Below, piece by piece: positions 24,794 through 38,300 of a stretch of 64,000 nt of DNA (within the stretch, counting starts at the first letter, position 1; every line of letters starts with the position of its first letter). The stretch comes from Convolutriloba macropyga (Eukaryota): positions 23,064,001 through 23,128,000 of the forward strand of contig NC_134481.1 of the NCBI RefSeq assembly GCF_964194025.1. The letters are read 5' to 3'. A program made the translations under genes and the position numbers. Under the pieces are notes generated by a model. That model was not told where the DNA came from and did not search any database. It was given only the letters and a program-made list of their open reading frames with translations.

Positions 24794-26119
24794 TTTGTCA
24801 AGACTTTTATCTAAGAAGCTATTTTCTGAATTGTCATCTATTCTATCTAAGCCTTCATAATGCAGGTGTTTTACAAATTTCACAATACCTACGATAACGA
24901 GATGCGTGAACTCATCAGGTTTTATACTAAAGGTTTGAACAGAATAGATAAAAATGTGATGTGAAAATTGATTTAATGAAAAATTTAAAGTTGTTAATTG
25001 TCCGATAAGCTACATGATGTATCGTGTTGTGTAATCTGATAAATGTAATTTGATTTTTTTTCCTCAAACAAATGGCTGCAGTAGTTCTATCTCAAAATCT
25101 GTCTCTTTTCATTTTTCGTCGTTGTTTTTAGCTTTAAATTGAGAAAAACAGTGGAAAAAATCTTGGAACTGTTTCTTGCACGCTCGACTGATTATCAAAA
25201 GTTATTTATGACATTTTAACCTCTATTATTGTATATATAAATCGGAAAAGCCAGTCCCTTCTCTTCTATGAACTCAACGAAATAAAAAAACACGGAGTAA
25301 CGAAACAGTTCCAGTTTATGATTATTGCTAGTAGATTTTAGGGGCATTATAAGTGTTCTACTTCCAATGCAGTTTACTAATTCGTGTTATCATTGACTTT
25401 CGAAAAACAGCCGAATAGATTTGTCGAAAAATAACGATTCAACTTAATTGGTGCAGGAGTTGATAGCTCAGCTAACTATTACGTATTTTTAATAAAAAAA
25501 GCAAATTGGTGGAATAGCTTTGAGGTCATTAATTGTCTGACTTGAGATCAAAGAGTTCGCTGAGCTCAGAAAATATAGAAGTTTTGAAAGTGGCAATGAG
25601 TAACTCAAATTATTTTCAATTCCATATAAAGCTATATTTTGTTTTTAATTGCCGTATTTGAATTATAATTTGTAGTAGTTAATTAAATGCTTAAGTGAAG
25701 ACAGAAGTTACCCACAAGGTTTCAGGAAAATTTTCCGATAACGAGTTACCATTAAAAAATATTTTGTTTGCTACATGACGTCCGGACTTTTGATTCTCAT
25801 ATTTTATGGTTTATGGTGAAAACTGCCACTCCCTGGGCCTTAGTCCTGTTGGGTTACGAAATTTTAATTGACCGTTTTATAAGAAATAGTTTAAAAATTC
25901 TCAGTTTTTGTTAGCTAATTGGAATCGTTAGCGCCCTTGAGTATTTCAGTTTTTCGTGCTTTAAATATCTCGCTCAGATTTCAGAAAGAATGTATAACTC
26001 CAATTCAATTTAATAGATCACAGTTCAACTAGTTATCTGTTTTTAGTTAGTTTTTTGCATCGGTTTTTAGAAAAATTTTGCAAATCTATGGCAGCTACTT
26101 TCTGGCATCATACCTACTA

Positions 26120-26520
26120 TTTTTAATTGCTCTGAAACAAAGTTTGTATCGATTTTATTACTCCTGTGGTCTTTTCTATGCGATTGTTCGCTTGACCGAT
26201 TTTTCTTCTGAGCTATTTAAGTTTTCGTCCTCAAAAACGGGATAAACAGATAACGCCCGGCGGGTATTAAGTTTGCTTAAAAATTTCTTTCCTTTCGGCT
26301 GGCTTAAGTATATGATTCACGGAATCCGTTTTGGAGGTTAAGTCATGGTGTGAAGGCTGGTTCTTTGAGTTTGACGCCCACCACGCTTGATCCCCGTTCC
26401 TCCCACATCTACCTCCTTCAATTAGGCTAACGCTGGCCTGACTTAACCGTAGCCAGTTACTGACAACCGCTCACTAGTCGTTTAAGAGCAATTCGTCCGA
26501 CATTATTCGTTTATGTTTTT
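26120..26520 (+). mobile_element. HINE-like element, copy C
   Basis: 5' ttttaattgctctgaaacaa; internal cgtcctcaaaaacgggataaacag; 3' tcgtttaagagcaattcgtccgacattattcgtttatgttttt. Confidence 0.7.
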
Positions 26521-28469
26521 CCTTTCCTTCCTACCCCTCCTGAGAATCGTTTTTAGCAAATTTTGCATTATTTTAGATGCGTCTAGGAAATTGTGGTGCT
26601 TAATCATTGGCGTTCCACTTAAATTGCAGTCGTTATTGCTCAAAATTACCGTATAAATCTTCTTAATTGATGTGAAATAATTCGAAGGGTTTATTGTGCT
26701 TCAGTTTTCTCAGATTTGGTGTATTGATTTTTTCTGATTTTTTTCTCAGCCATTTCGACTCCTAGATTCCCCAAGCCCATGCTGCTACTACAAGCCAAGA
26801 GCGCACTTTTCACTTTAGAGCGATTCGCGCGACGTCAGTCTGTTATGTTTATAGTTACCTTTTATCTTATAAATAACGCGGCAATTGAATGCAGCTGTAA
26901 AAAGAGTAGTTTTCCAGTTCTCCTTGCTCCTTTATATTAAGCAAGATTGAGTACAGGCTTATCTTTTCAGTCATGGTTTTTTTCTGAAAGCTCTGTGATC
27001 ATTTTATTAAGAGGAGCATATTGCTTTAATTTTTATTAGAAACGCTGATATAGCTAATCGAAGGAAACAATGATCATATTCGAAATGAATTATTTTGTTC
27101 GAACGGTCGCTGGAAGTTTCGACTTTTCTACAAGACCAAAGCACAAAGAAGACCAAATTGTTTGCTTTAGCATTCTTGAGGGCGTGCATATTTGTCCACA
27201 GAAACTGGTGGGAAATTAGTAAAGCTCAGCAATAGTATTTCCCTATTGAGAATTTAGTAAAGCTGATCTGTCAAATGTTGGTGAGCTCAGAGAATTGATC
27301 AAAAATGATAAAAAATATTTGATCTAAAATATTTTTTAATGCAAATCACTATTTGCACCAGAATTACCCCTTGCTGGGAGATTCTCTACAATGGAAGAAC
27401 AATCAGAAAACTATTTAATTGCGCTCAAAAAAAGTCTTTGACAATTATTACGGAGGGCCTAATTTTTTTTAAGTTTGGAACTCAGAAGGATAAAAACGAT
27501 TAAGTTAACATTACGTGGCAAAAATGCACCTTGCTGTTTTTGATATCATTTGGTGTTTCGAGGACAACAGTAACAACATCTGGTCACCAATTTTCACTTT
27601 GTGTCAATTCTATTCTTGATGAAAAATGGGTATCTTAATTGTGGACATCACTCGTATTCACGGGTAAACGTAGCATTTGTCCATAATTATCACGTAATTT
27701 CCCTGAATGTTTGCTCGAATTTTTTTTTACTTATTACTGCAGTCTCAATTCAATGACCTAAATGTTTTTGTGAACCGTGATATGGTTAGTTGCTTCACCA
27801 ATTAGGCTTTTTTTTCCATTTTGGTCTAGTTATCAATATCGTATTTATTAGAGACGGCAACCATGGAAAAAGTGACGAGTGGAAAAGTGTTACTAGGGTT
27901 GTTGACAAGAGGGAAAATGCTTTGTCCGTGCTTGCCGAAAATCCGACACCGTGTGGCATTGTGAAGATTATTTCTACTTGAAGCAAATTTGAACTAATTT
28001 AGCTTAGTGTCATTAATGTTTAAACGCTTGTAAACCTAATCGTAAAACGTGGGCGTGAAAAGAGCGAAAATCTCTGGTAAATTTATTCGAGCAAATGCAC
28101 TTCTGCCAAGAATTTTCCATAATAAGGCAATGTTTTATGCGTAAATTTGTTCGGTTTCGTTCGAAATACATAGTTATTTTAAGAATCCAGAGAAATGAAC
28201 TAACGATAGAGTATAATTATATAATAGTTTGTTTTCTGAATTGATATGGTTTCTATTATCCCTAATTCAATGAACCCATATTCGGTAAAGTATCTGGGAC
28301 AAAAGATAGATTAACGAGTCCTTTTTAAATTTTTCTCTTGGAATCTAATGTATTTCAATTATTGCGAATTTAGTCAATTTTGTGCAATTTTGGTTTCCTA
28401 TTAACCGGAAGGCATGATTTTACAGCGAACTTGAGCTTTCAGGAAAAAAGATTTATTGAAGGACCTGTA

Positions 28470-28930
28470 TAATGCCGTCAGCCTATCAACGGCTGTTATT
28501 TAGGCGCTCTCCTTTTTTATAATTCCCTTTGATCACGTCTTTTGTTTTACTTAAGTCACGAGTTTCACGTTGGACTGCTGAATTACTTCACTCACTTTTG
28601 CAATTTAATAGATTTGAAATTACTCATTGTAATGAATACGGTCTACGTCAAAAGAGCAAAATCAAGAAACGGGTTAAACCAATGAAGCCCGGTCAATACG
28701 TCATAGTGCATTAGAGCGATTGCTAGCCGAGATTTTTTTAATCTTGATAGCTTTCAGTTTAAGAATCTGAATTAAATATCGTTTTTGAATCTAACGGAAA
28801 CTGCACAAAAAATGGAACACTTTCGTAGATAAAAATTCTCAATTTCTATCTCTCTGTTGTTTCAATTCACATGTGCGTCAAGTGAGTCAATGGTAGCTAT
28901 TTCCGGGCAATTTGCTGGCTATGTTTTGGT
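28470..28930 (+). repeat. Diverged dispersed repeat related to 30720-30780 and to the 3' part of the 2.66-kb unit (33270-33690, 35930-36370)
   Basis: Shared motifs gccgtcagcct..cggct.ttatttaggcgctct, aagtcacga.tttcacgtt, aagcccc.gtcaa and gaaactgcac. Confidence 0.6.
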
Positions 28931-29362
28931 TTTTTAAATAAAAAGTTTGTTGAGACAAACCGCTAAATCACTAGGATACATAAATTTTGAACATAAATAT
29001 TAACCCATGTAAGTTTCTATTTTTCATTGTTTTTATTGTATCTATTTTTTTGCGTTCCCAATTTTTGCACTGCCACAATGAGCTACAGAGCGATGATTTT
29101 TTGTTTTTCTCAACGATGATTAAACAAAAAGTGAAACAAAATCAGCTGGCCGTGATCTTGCCTAAAAAAACAAAAGCAGTTTCATTTAGCTAAATGAGAT
29201 GTTCGGTTTGTGGATATATTACAGTACATCTCTTTCAAGTGTGAGACCTCAATTGAAGGAAAATGATGTTTTTAGTTCGTTCCATATTTCTTGTTTTCTC
29301 CCTTTTGCTGTAACATGCTCTGACAGTTAGTTACTCAGAATTTCTTTTTCAGGGAAATAAAA

Positions 29363-32300
29363 ATGGAATACGGGGATGTAAATCCCACAAATAGTAAGCC
29401 GGAGAAAAGAACCGGAAAACCGAAGAAAAATTCAGTCAAGAGTTCCAGACCAATTGACAAGCTACTATCTCCGTACGCATTCCAAGTGGCCAGATGTCCA
29501 ATGACTTTTTCAAATGACTTGTTTGACTCTATAGCGTCATATTTAAATATAGAAGGTCTTTTACAATACTCTGAGGCGTTCAAACTGGTCAGAAGTTGTA
29601 TGGCCGTCGGGTTAAAAGAATGCGTGCGAATGTTGGAGAAAAATAAAGCAGTGTCTATATTGTTGATTGATTCTGGTTCGACGTGTGCTACTCTTTTACA
29701 GGTATGGTGATGACGTTATTTACAATTTTAAACAGAAATTCAATTATACGGCAATGATAAAGGAAGCTTGACTTTGCCCGCACCTAAATTTTGGTAGAAA
29801 AATCCTCGAAGTAAAAGATGTCTTGAAAGATTTTCTCGGGCGGCTAGGGCTTCGGGGTTGAAGTTTAAATTTGAATTTGAAAAGTATTTGAATTTGAAGT
29901 TAGAATAGAATTTGAATATTATTTGAATTTGAAGTTAGAATAGAATTTTAATAGTATTTGAATTTCAGCATCTTATCGCAGCTTGTGCAGTGCGGTCATG
30001 TCCAGTTCTGTTGATGTCAAATTTAACTCAGTTCCTTGTGAAAATGAACGGAAATGGAAACTACATATGCGTCGCCTTTAAGAACGTCCATTCTTTACCA
30101 GGCAAGTACATAATCACAACATTGACCAATCGGATCTTTTCTGTTTCGGCCCCAGGTTTTTTTTACCCCCCCCCCCCCCACACACACACACACTTACAAA
30201 TTATGTGTTGCTGTATAGCTCGCTACTGTAAAAAATAGGGCGTGCAAAATAGCGCCTGGGGACGTGAAAGTTTTTTGCTCACTAACCTGGGGGGGGGGGG
30301 GGGGTATACGATAGATTATATTGTGGATTACCGAACCAAGTTAACTTTAATAGAGAAAAGGATAACTTTAATAGCTTATTAATAGAGAATAGGCTGTGAA
30401 ATCCACATCAAATATCAAATGTTGAAAATCAGTTTAAAAAACAACCTCAGACACGTGTCGTTTTCGATGTCAATTTTAGTTGCTCTCAAATTATTTCTCC
30501 TGTTGGTCAGCTTACATATAATCTTCCTAGCGTGAGTTATCTAAATAGCTCATGTTGAAATAGTCAGTCACGCGAGTGTATTTTGCTTCCTTTTCCGTCT
30601 CTCAGAAAATGAGCTTAGCAGAAACTTTCGTTAAGCAAAGAATGTTTTAATCTTAGAATTTCCGAATGCGCTTCTTCCGGTTGTAGTAACCATGTACAAT
30701 GTACAAGGTATGCATTAATAGCCGCCGTCAGCCTCTGATCGGCTATTATTTAGGCGCTCTGCTTTTTTTTTACAATACAATGAATTTGAATTGTTTTGGG
30801 GCGCTGTCTTTTTACAATTCAAAGAATTTGAATTGTATTGGTGCACTTCTTTTTTAAGATCTGTGCACGCTTTTTCCGGCTTTTTCACATCAGTGAGAAG
30901 TCAAATTAGAATGGTGATTTTGGTGTCACTGAAATAATAAAGGGGGCCGAAAAATCGAGTAGGTTTAATGCGTGACTTTTTCTAAATAGCTTTAAAGTGG
31001 AGTGAGAAATTGGTGTTTGAACATTTTGGCGGTTTTTGAGATAGTTTTTTTTCAAGTGCGTCAATTTGACTTCTGTTTTCAGAGTTTCCTCTCCTTCAGT
31101 GATTTTATGATGGTACATATGTGTTCTAATTGTGCTTTTTTGCCGTTGCTTGAATTCATTATGGGGCAGCTAATACTTTTTAATAGCCGCACAGCGATAG
31201 CTGAGGCTATTATTGGCCTTCTCTTGGTTTTTTTTATTTCGTCGTCATGATTTTTGTTACGACCATATGACGTCACAGCCATTTTTTGTTCATTCGTTCA
31301 TGCAATTTCAATTGAATTGCATGTGTGACGTCATTTTTCGCTCTTAGTGGAGCGAGTTTTTTTGTTCATGAGCGTAATTAAATTTTTGGTCACACTTGAC
31401 TTACCTCACTCTCAAAAGTGACTTCCTCACTTTGAAATTGACTTTTATTTACTTTAATTCAAAGAGATAAGGTCAAATGGGTGTGTATCACTCTAAATGA
31501 AGGTAATTTGAGATCAGCTAATAGAGGCAGCAATAACTTATACTGATTTTTAATCAAAATATAACAGATCAGCCTTCAATGAAAAGATAAATTTTTTTGG
31601 TCTGTCTTTTTTACTGTTTTTTTAGACTGCCGGTCTACGAATCTATTGCGGCTATTTTCTGGCAATCTGCCAGCTATGTTTATGAATTTGCCACTATTTG
31701 TTGTCATAAAATATTAGTGAATTTAAGATTTTGCCCCCTTTTTTAAAAATTATCTGTTGTCTTATCACTTTGTATCAGCAATGACATGACTGATTGGTTG
31801 CTAATGAGTCACAAAAGAACCTAATTAATGGCTTGAGTTAACAGCTAGTGGTTTTCATAACTTCGACACTACTTTTTCTCAAAAATTTTGAGTGAATTCT
31901 TTAGTTCTGTAAGTATTTATTGTACTTTTTGATGTCTTATCATTCAATCTCATTGGGAAAGTTCTCTGATGCTGCTCATAGTAGCTATGTTCATCGATTT
32001 ATTGTTTTTGTTCAAAGCTAGTGCTTGCTATGACTTTGACATTAATTGTTTTCAATAATAATTACAATTTTTTTTTAGTTTTGCGAGCTTTTCTTTTCAC
32101 CTTTGTCGTCTTAACTCTTGTTCTCGTTGTTGAGAGGTCTCATTAGTTGCTAAAAAGGCTTTAATTAAAGCCAATCACTTCAATTCATAGCAATGCTTTT
32201 TGTGACTCATACGCTTGTTCGTTTTTTTTAAAGTCTTAGTGATTTTTTTTAGTTTTCTTAGTTTTTGTTGTACTTATTGATGTGTTATCACTTAATCTTA

Positions 32301-35300
32301 TTGATGACAGGTCTAAACGGTGGCTTTTGAAGACTCAATTAGTTGATGTAATTGCAGCCCTCATTAGCTGTTGCGTTCTCTGACTGTTATACTACGTGTT
32401 TTCAAAAAGTTTCAGCGAGTTTTATTGCGATATTGTTTGTTTTTGTCTCATCATTTATTGTTATTATTGAGAAGACTCATAGGCATTTAATGACGAGTTG
32501 CCAATGAGAAATAGAGGAATATAGTTGGCAGTTTGGTTTTGTATTAGTTGTTTTTTGATGTTGATCCTGTCTTTGCAAAAAATAAGTTGCATTTTTATCT
32601 AGTCTTGCTTGTTTTTGTTGTCCTTGTGTTGTTTTATTGCTTCATCTCATTAATAACAGCTCTCATTTAGCTTTTAAAGCTGAAAAATGATTGGTAGGTC
32701 ATTATTTAAAACATTTCTTTGAATTTTACATTTCTTTTTGTCTGTTTTTTTTTAAGATCTGTTCACACGTTTTCATGACTTTCGAAGTCAAATTAGAGTA
32801 GTGCTTTTAGTCACGCCACGAAACAGGAAGTGAAGCAAAAATTTTCCCATGTAATTTTAACGTAGAGCGAGAAAACGATGTTTGAACGAAAATTCGCTTT
32901 CTCGCTAGTGGTTTTTTGTTCACATGCGGCAGTTTCATTTTGATTTTTACTGTGTTTTCGATTTTTTGGATCGTTTTTTTCTAAGTTGTTTTCCCAATCC
33001 ATCCATAGTTCATTCTAGGGCTAGTGTTTTTGTTTGAATCAAATTTCTATTTCTCGCTAGTGGCTTAATTGTTCAGATGCGGCATTTTTATATTGATATT
33101 CGGTTTTTTAAAATTTTCTTTGATCTGATTTATTTTTGGGAAATGGTTTTCCCAGTTCAATCACAATCCGTTTTAGGTCTAGTTTTTGTTTAGTCGATGA
33201 AATTTTTGTAATAGTAAATCTTGACTTGTCCTGCTATTTTTTTAAAATTCGCTTTACCTTTACGTTTTTCGGTTTTACATAAGTCACGATTTTCACGTTT
33301 TACTTCGTACTTATTTCATTCACTGTTTCAACTGAATGGATTTTAATTTCTTTCACGCATTCAATTACGTAATGTGGTGAATACTGTCGAAGTAAAAATA
33401 TCAAAATCAAAAGACGGGATAAACCGATAAAGCCCCGTCAAAAAGTCATAGAGAATTAGGTTATCAAAGATCATTATAGTGTTTGCTAGCTGACATTGGT
33501 ATTAAGCTTATTAGATTTCAGTTTAGAAGCTGAATTAAGTAAAGTTATAGAAGAATCCAACTGAAACTGCACGCCAAATTTGAAAATTTTTTGACACTGA
33601 AGAAAAAGAAAGAAATTCGGTCAATTTATCTCCTTTTTTTCTGTTCAAAGCCCGATGTGCATCAAGCGCGTCAACGGCGGCTGTTTTCCGGAGATAGTTT
33701 TTTTTTCAAGTGCGTCAATTTGACTTCTGTTTTCAGAGTTTCCTCTCCTTCAGTGATTTTAAGACGGTACATTTGTGTTCTAATTGTGCTTTTTTGCCGT
33801 TGCCTGAATTCATTATGGGGCAGCTAATACTTTTTAATAGCCGCACAGCGATAGCTGAGGCTATTATTGGCCTTCTCTTGGTTTTTTTTATTTCGTCGTC
33901 ATGATTTTTGTTACGACCATATGACGTCACAGCCATTTTTTGTTCATTCGTTCATGCAATTTCAATTGAATTGCATGTGTGACGTCATTTTTCGCTCTTA
34001 GTGGAGCGAGTTTTTTTGTTCATGAGCGTAATTAAATTTTTGGTCACAATTGACTTACCTCACTCTCAAAAGTGACTTCCTCACTTTGAAATTGACTTTT
34101 ATCTACTTTAATTCAAAGAGATAAGGTCAAATGGGTGTGTATCACTCTAAATGAAGGTAATTTGAGATCAGCTAATAGAGGCAGCAATAACTTATACAGA
34201 TTTTTAATCAAAATATAACAGATCAGCCTTCAATGAAAAGATAAATTTTTTTGGTCTGTCTTTTTTACTGTTTTTTTTAGACTGCCGATCTACGAATCTA
34301 TTGCGGCTATTTTCTGGCAATCTGCCAGCTATGTTTTTGAATTTGCCACTATTTGTTGTCATAAAATATTAGTGAATTTAAGATTTTGCCCCCTTTTTTA
34401 AAAATTATCTGTTGTCTTATCACTTTGTATCAGCAATGACATGACTGATTGGTTGCTAATGAGTCACAAAAGAACCTAATTAATGGCTTGAGTTAACAGC
34501 TAGTGGTTTTCATAATTTCGACACTACTTTTTCTCAAAAATTTTGAGTGAATTCTTTAGTTCTGCAAGTATTTATTGTACTTTTTGATGTCTTATCATTC
34601 AATCTCATTGGGAAAGTTCTCTGATGCTGCTCATAGTAGCTATGTTCATCGATTTATTGTTTTTGTTCAAAGCTAGTGCTTGCTATGACTTTGACATTAA
34701 TTGTTTTCAATAATAATTACAATTTTTTTTTAGTTTTGCGAGCTTTTCTTTTCACCTTTGTCGTCTTAACTCTTGTTCTCGTTGTTGAGAGGTCTCATTA
34801 GTTGCTAAAAAGGCTTTAATTAAAGCCAATCACTTCAATTCATAGCAATGCTTTTTGTGACTCATACGCTTGTTCGTTTTTTTTAAAGTCTTAGTGATTT
34901 TTTTTAGTTTTCTTAGTTTTTGTTGTAATTATTGATGTGTTATCACTTAATCTTATTGATGACAGGTCTAAACGGTGGCTTTTGAAGACTCAATTAGTTG
35001 ATGTAATTGCAGCCCTCATTAGCTGTTGCGTTCTCTGACTGTTATACTACGTGTTTTCAAAAAGTTTTGTTTCAGCGAGTTTTATTGCGATATTGTTTGT
35101 TTTTGTCTCATCATTTATTGTTATTATTGAGAAGACTCATAGGCATTTAATGACGAGTTGCCAATGAGAAATAGAGGAATATAGTTGGCAGTTTGGTTTT
35201 GTATTAGTTGTTTTTTGATGTTGATCCTGTCTTTGCAAAAAATAAGTTGCATTTTTATCTAGTCTTGCTTGTTTTTGTTGTCCTTGTGTTGTTTTATTGC

Positions 35301-38300
35301 TTCATCTCATTAATAACAGCTCTCATTTAGGTTTTAAAGCGGAAAAAATGGTTGGTAGGTCATCATTTAAAACATTTCTTTGAATTTTACATTTCTTTTT
35401 GTCTGTTTTTTTTTTAAGATCTGTTCACACGTTTTCATGACTTTCGAAGTCAAATTAGAGTAGTGCTTTTAGTCACGCCACGAAACAGGAAGTGAAGCAA
35501 AAATTTTCCCATGTAATTTTAACGTAGAGCGAGAAAACGATGTCTGAACGAAAATTCGCTTTCTCGCTAGTGGTTTTTTGTTCACATGCGGCAGTTTCAT
35601 TTTGATTTTTACTGTGTTTTCGATTTTTTGGATCGTATTTTTCTAAGTTGTTTTCCCAATCCATCCATAGTTCATTCTAGGGCTAGTGTTTTTGTTTGAA
35701 TCAAATTTCTATTTCTCGCTAGTGGCTTATTTGTTCAGATGCGGCATTTTTATATTGATATTCGGTTTTTTAAAATTTTCTTTGATCTGATTTATTTTTG
35801 GGAAATGGTTTTCCCAGTTCAATCACAATCCGTTTTAGGTCTAGTTTTTGTTTAGTCGATGAAATTTTTGTAATAGTAAATCTTGACTTGTCCTGCTATT
35901 TTTTAAAAATTCGCTTTACCTTTACGTTTTTCGGTTTTACATAAGTCACGATTTTCACGTTTTACTTCGTACTTATTTCATTCACTGTTTCAACTGAATG
36001 GATTTTAATTTCTTTCACGCATTCAATTACGCAATGTGGTGAATACTGTCGAAGTAAAAATATCAAAATCAAGAGACGGGATAAACCGATAAAGCCCCGT
36101 CAAAATGTCATAGAGAATTAGGTTATCAAAGATCATTAAAGTGTTTGCTAGCTGACATTGGTATTAAGCTTATTAGATTTCAGTTTAGAAGCTGAATTAA
36201 GCAAAGTTATAGAAGAATCCAACTGAAACTGCACGCCAAATTTGAAAATTTTTTGACACTGAAGAAAAAGAAAGAAATTCGGTCAATTTATCTCCTTTTT
36301 TTCTGTTCAAAGCCCGATGTGCATCAAGCGCGTCAACGGCGGCTGTTTTCCGGCACTCCGACGGCTATGTTTCATTTTGATAGGTGGTTTGCAACGAAGC
36401 AACTTCTTGCTTGTCAATTCATTATGGAGTGAATCAGACAAAGATAAAGCATTTAGTTTAAAGTTTTATGTCTATTTTTCTGTTTTCGTGAGACCATTGT
36501 TTGATTTAAAAAAATTTGAAAGCGCTACTTTTCTTGAAATTTTTACTGTTTTGTGTTTAATATCTTTGACGCTCCTGGTGTTTCTTCGCCTTTCCTCCTT
36601 TCTTCTGCTGGTCAAAGTATTATATAAATTAATTCAGGAATCACTCGACTTTTACCTTTTGATTTGCTCTCAGATATGTACGCTATTATTTGATTCTTCG
36701 AAGGTTTTAATTACGTTCTTGAAAACAATTTCTTATTTTTCCGACCCACCCGCGTGGGGGAGAAACTATATACTCAAATGGGTTTTTTGTTCAGTGAATT
36801 TTGTCCGATGAATATACCGTAGAGGGTTGTGAGCGGTACCATTTGAAAGCCCGTCCAACTGAAATTATATTAGATTTTTTGGAATTTCATTTTCGACGGA
36901 ATGATCAAGGTTTGTATTTTGTGATCATTTGACTGATTTCCGTTGTTTTTGTTCGCATCTTCCGCTTTTTTACCCAATTTTTTCAAGTTTTGCTGAAATA
37001 TTTGGAACATTTCAAAATTCAGCCTTTTTCTACAAAAATGGCAAGAAATTAGCTTCTTTAGTCCACTTTAAATTTGCGGGATTAACACACATAGAAGTGC
37101 TGACAGTTTTTTTGACTGCAAATGACAGTTCGTAATGGACGTACAGCAATGTCAAGGCTACTTTTGGTCCCATTATTCTTTCGTACTGTCCAAAAACATT
37201 TCGGATTGTTATCAGTTGATGTCTTTTTTAATATTTTCACATTTTTCTTTGCTATTTTTATGTTAATTACAGAACAGAACAATTCAAATCAAGGCTTGCA
37301 AATGGCAGTTCCAATTGTCTTCATAAGGAGTTTCACGCAAACATCTAGTTTTTTAGTCGAAAGCTTTCGACCTTAAAAAAGTACCCTTTGTCAAAATAAA
37401 CAAATAGATGATTGAGCTTGCCTATTTTTTTGTGGTCAAATGGTAGCTTTAGGTCAGCAAAAACAGGTAGAATCGTCTTGTTAATGGGCTAAAGTATAAT
37501 ATGAAGTGCGGTTTTTCGTTTTAAGTTATTTTTTTACGGCTTTGATGCTACTAGTTTTTCCAAAAAAATTTTTGATTGTTGAACAAATTCCTCTGTAAAG
37601 TTTTTTCTTGTTTTGTCTTATTATTGACAGGTCCGATATCATAATTTTGGTGTTCCAAAAAAGCAAATATCAATTCAGAATATTTTTTTCACTGAGTGGA
37701 TTATGATTTTAACGGTTTCGACACAGTCTTCTACAGAATTCATTGGAATTTTTCAGTTTTTTCTTGTCTTATGTTTTTCCTCCTTTTTCCTCCTTTTTGT
37801 AGTTCTAATCTGGATAATTGCAGTTTTTGGTGGTTGACTACTGATGAATGAAGGAACTGAGTTTCTGATTTCATTTCATAGCTTTAATTTTTCTTGACCT
37901 GAAGAACAAATGTTTTTTAAAATGACGTATATTTGAACTTTGCTGTTTTTTCTACTCTTTGCCTTGTCTGATTAATTACTAGTCGCATATCACTTTATTG
38001 GTGTTGAGGGAAAGCACAATATCCAATGTTTTTAGTGCATTGCTTATTGTTTTAACGGATTCAACACCGGTTGTTCACAAAAATTTAATTTAATTTTTGA
38101 TGTCGCTCTGTTTGTGGACGTATGACTTGTTCTGTATAATGACAGATGTCAATAGCTTTCTCTGGAGAGATAATTTAAACTATTTAATGATTTCAGTTGA
38201 TGGCTTATGTTTTTATGACTTGAAAATTCTTTTTTGTCTGCTTGTTACATACTCATTAGTCAGCGGTCGCATATCAAATTATTGAAATGAATGTTGAAAA

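Noticed and set aside
36317-36811. 164-aa hydrophobic ORF
   Set aside because: F/L-rich translation of T-skewed repeat DNA that crosses the duplication boundary; non-ATG-context noise.
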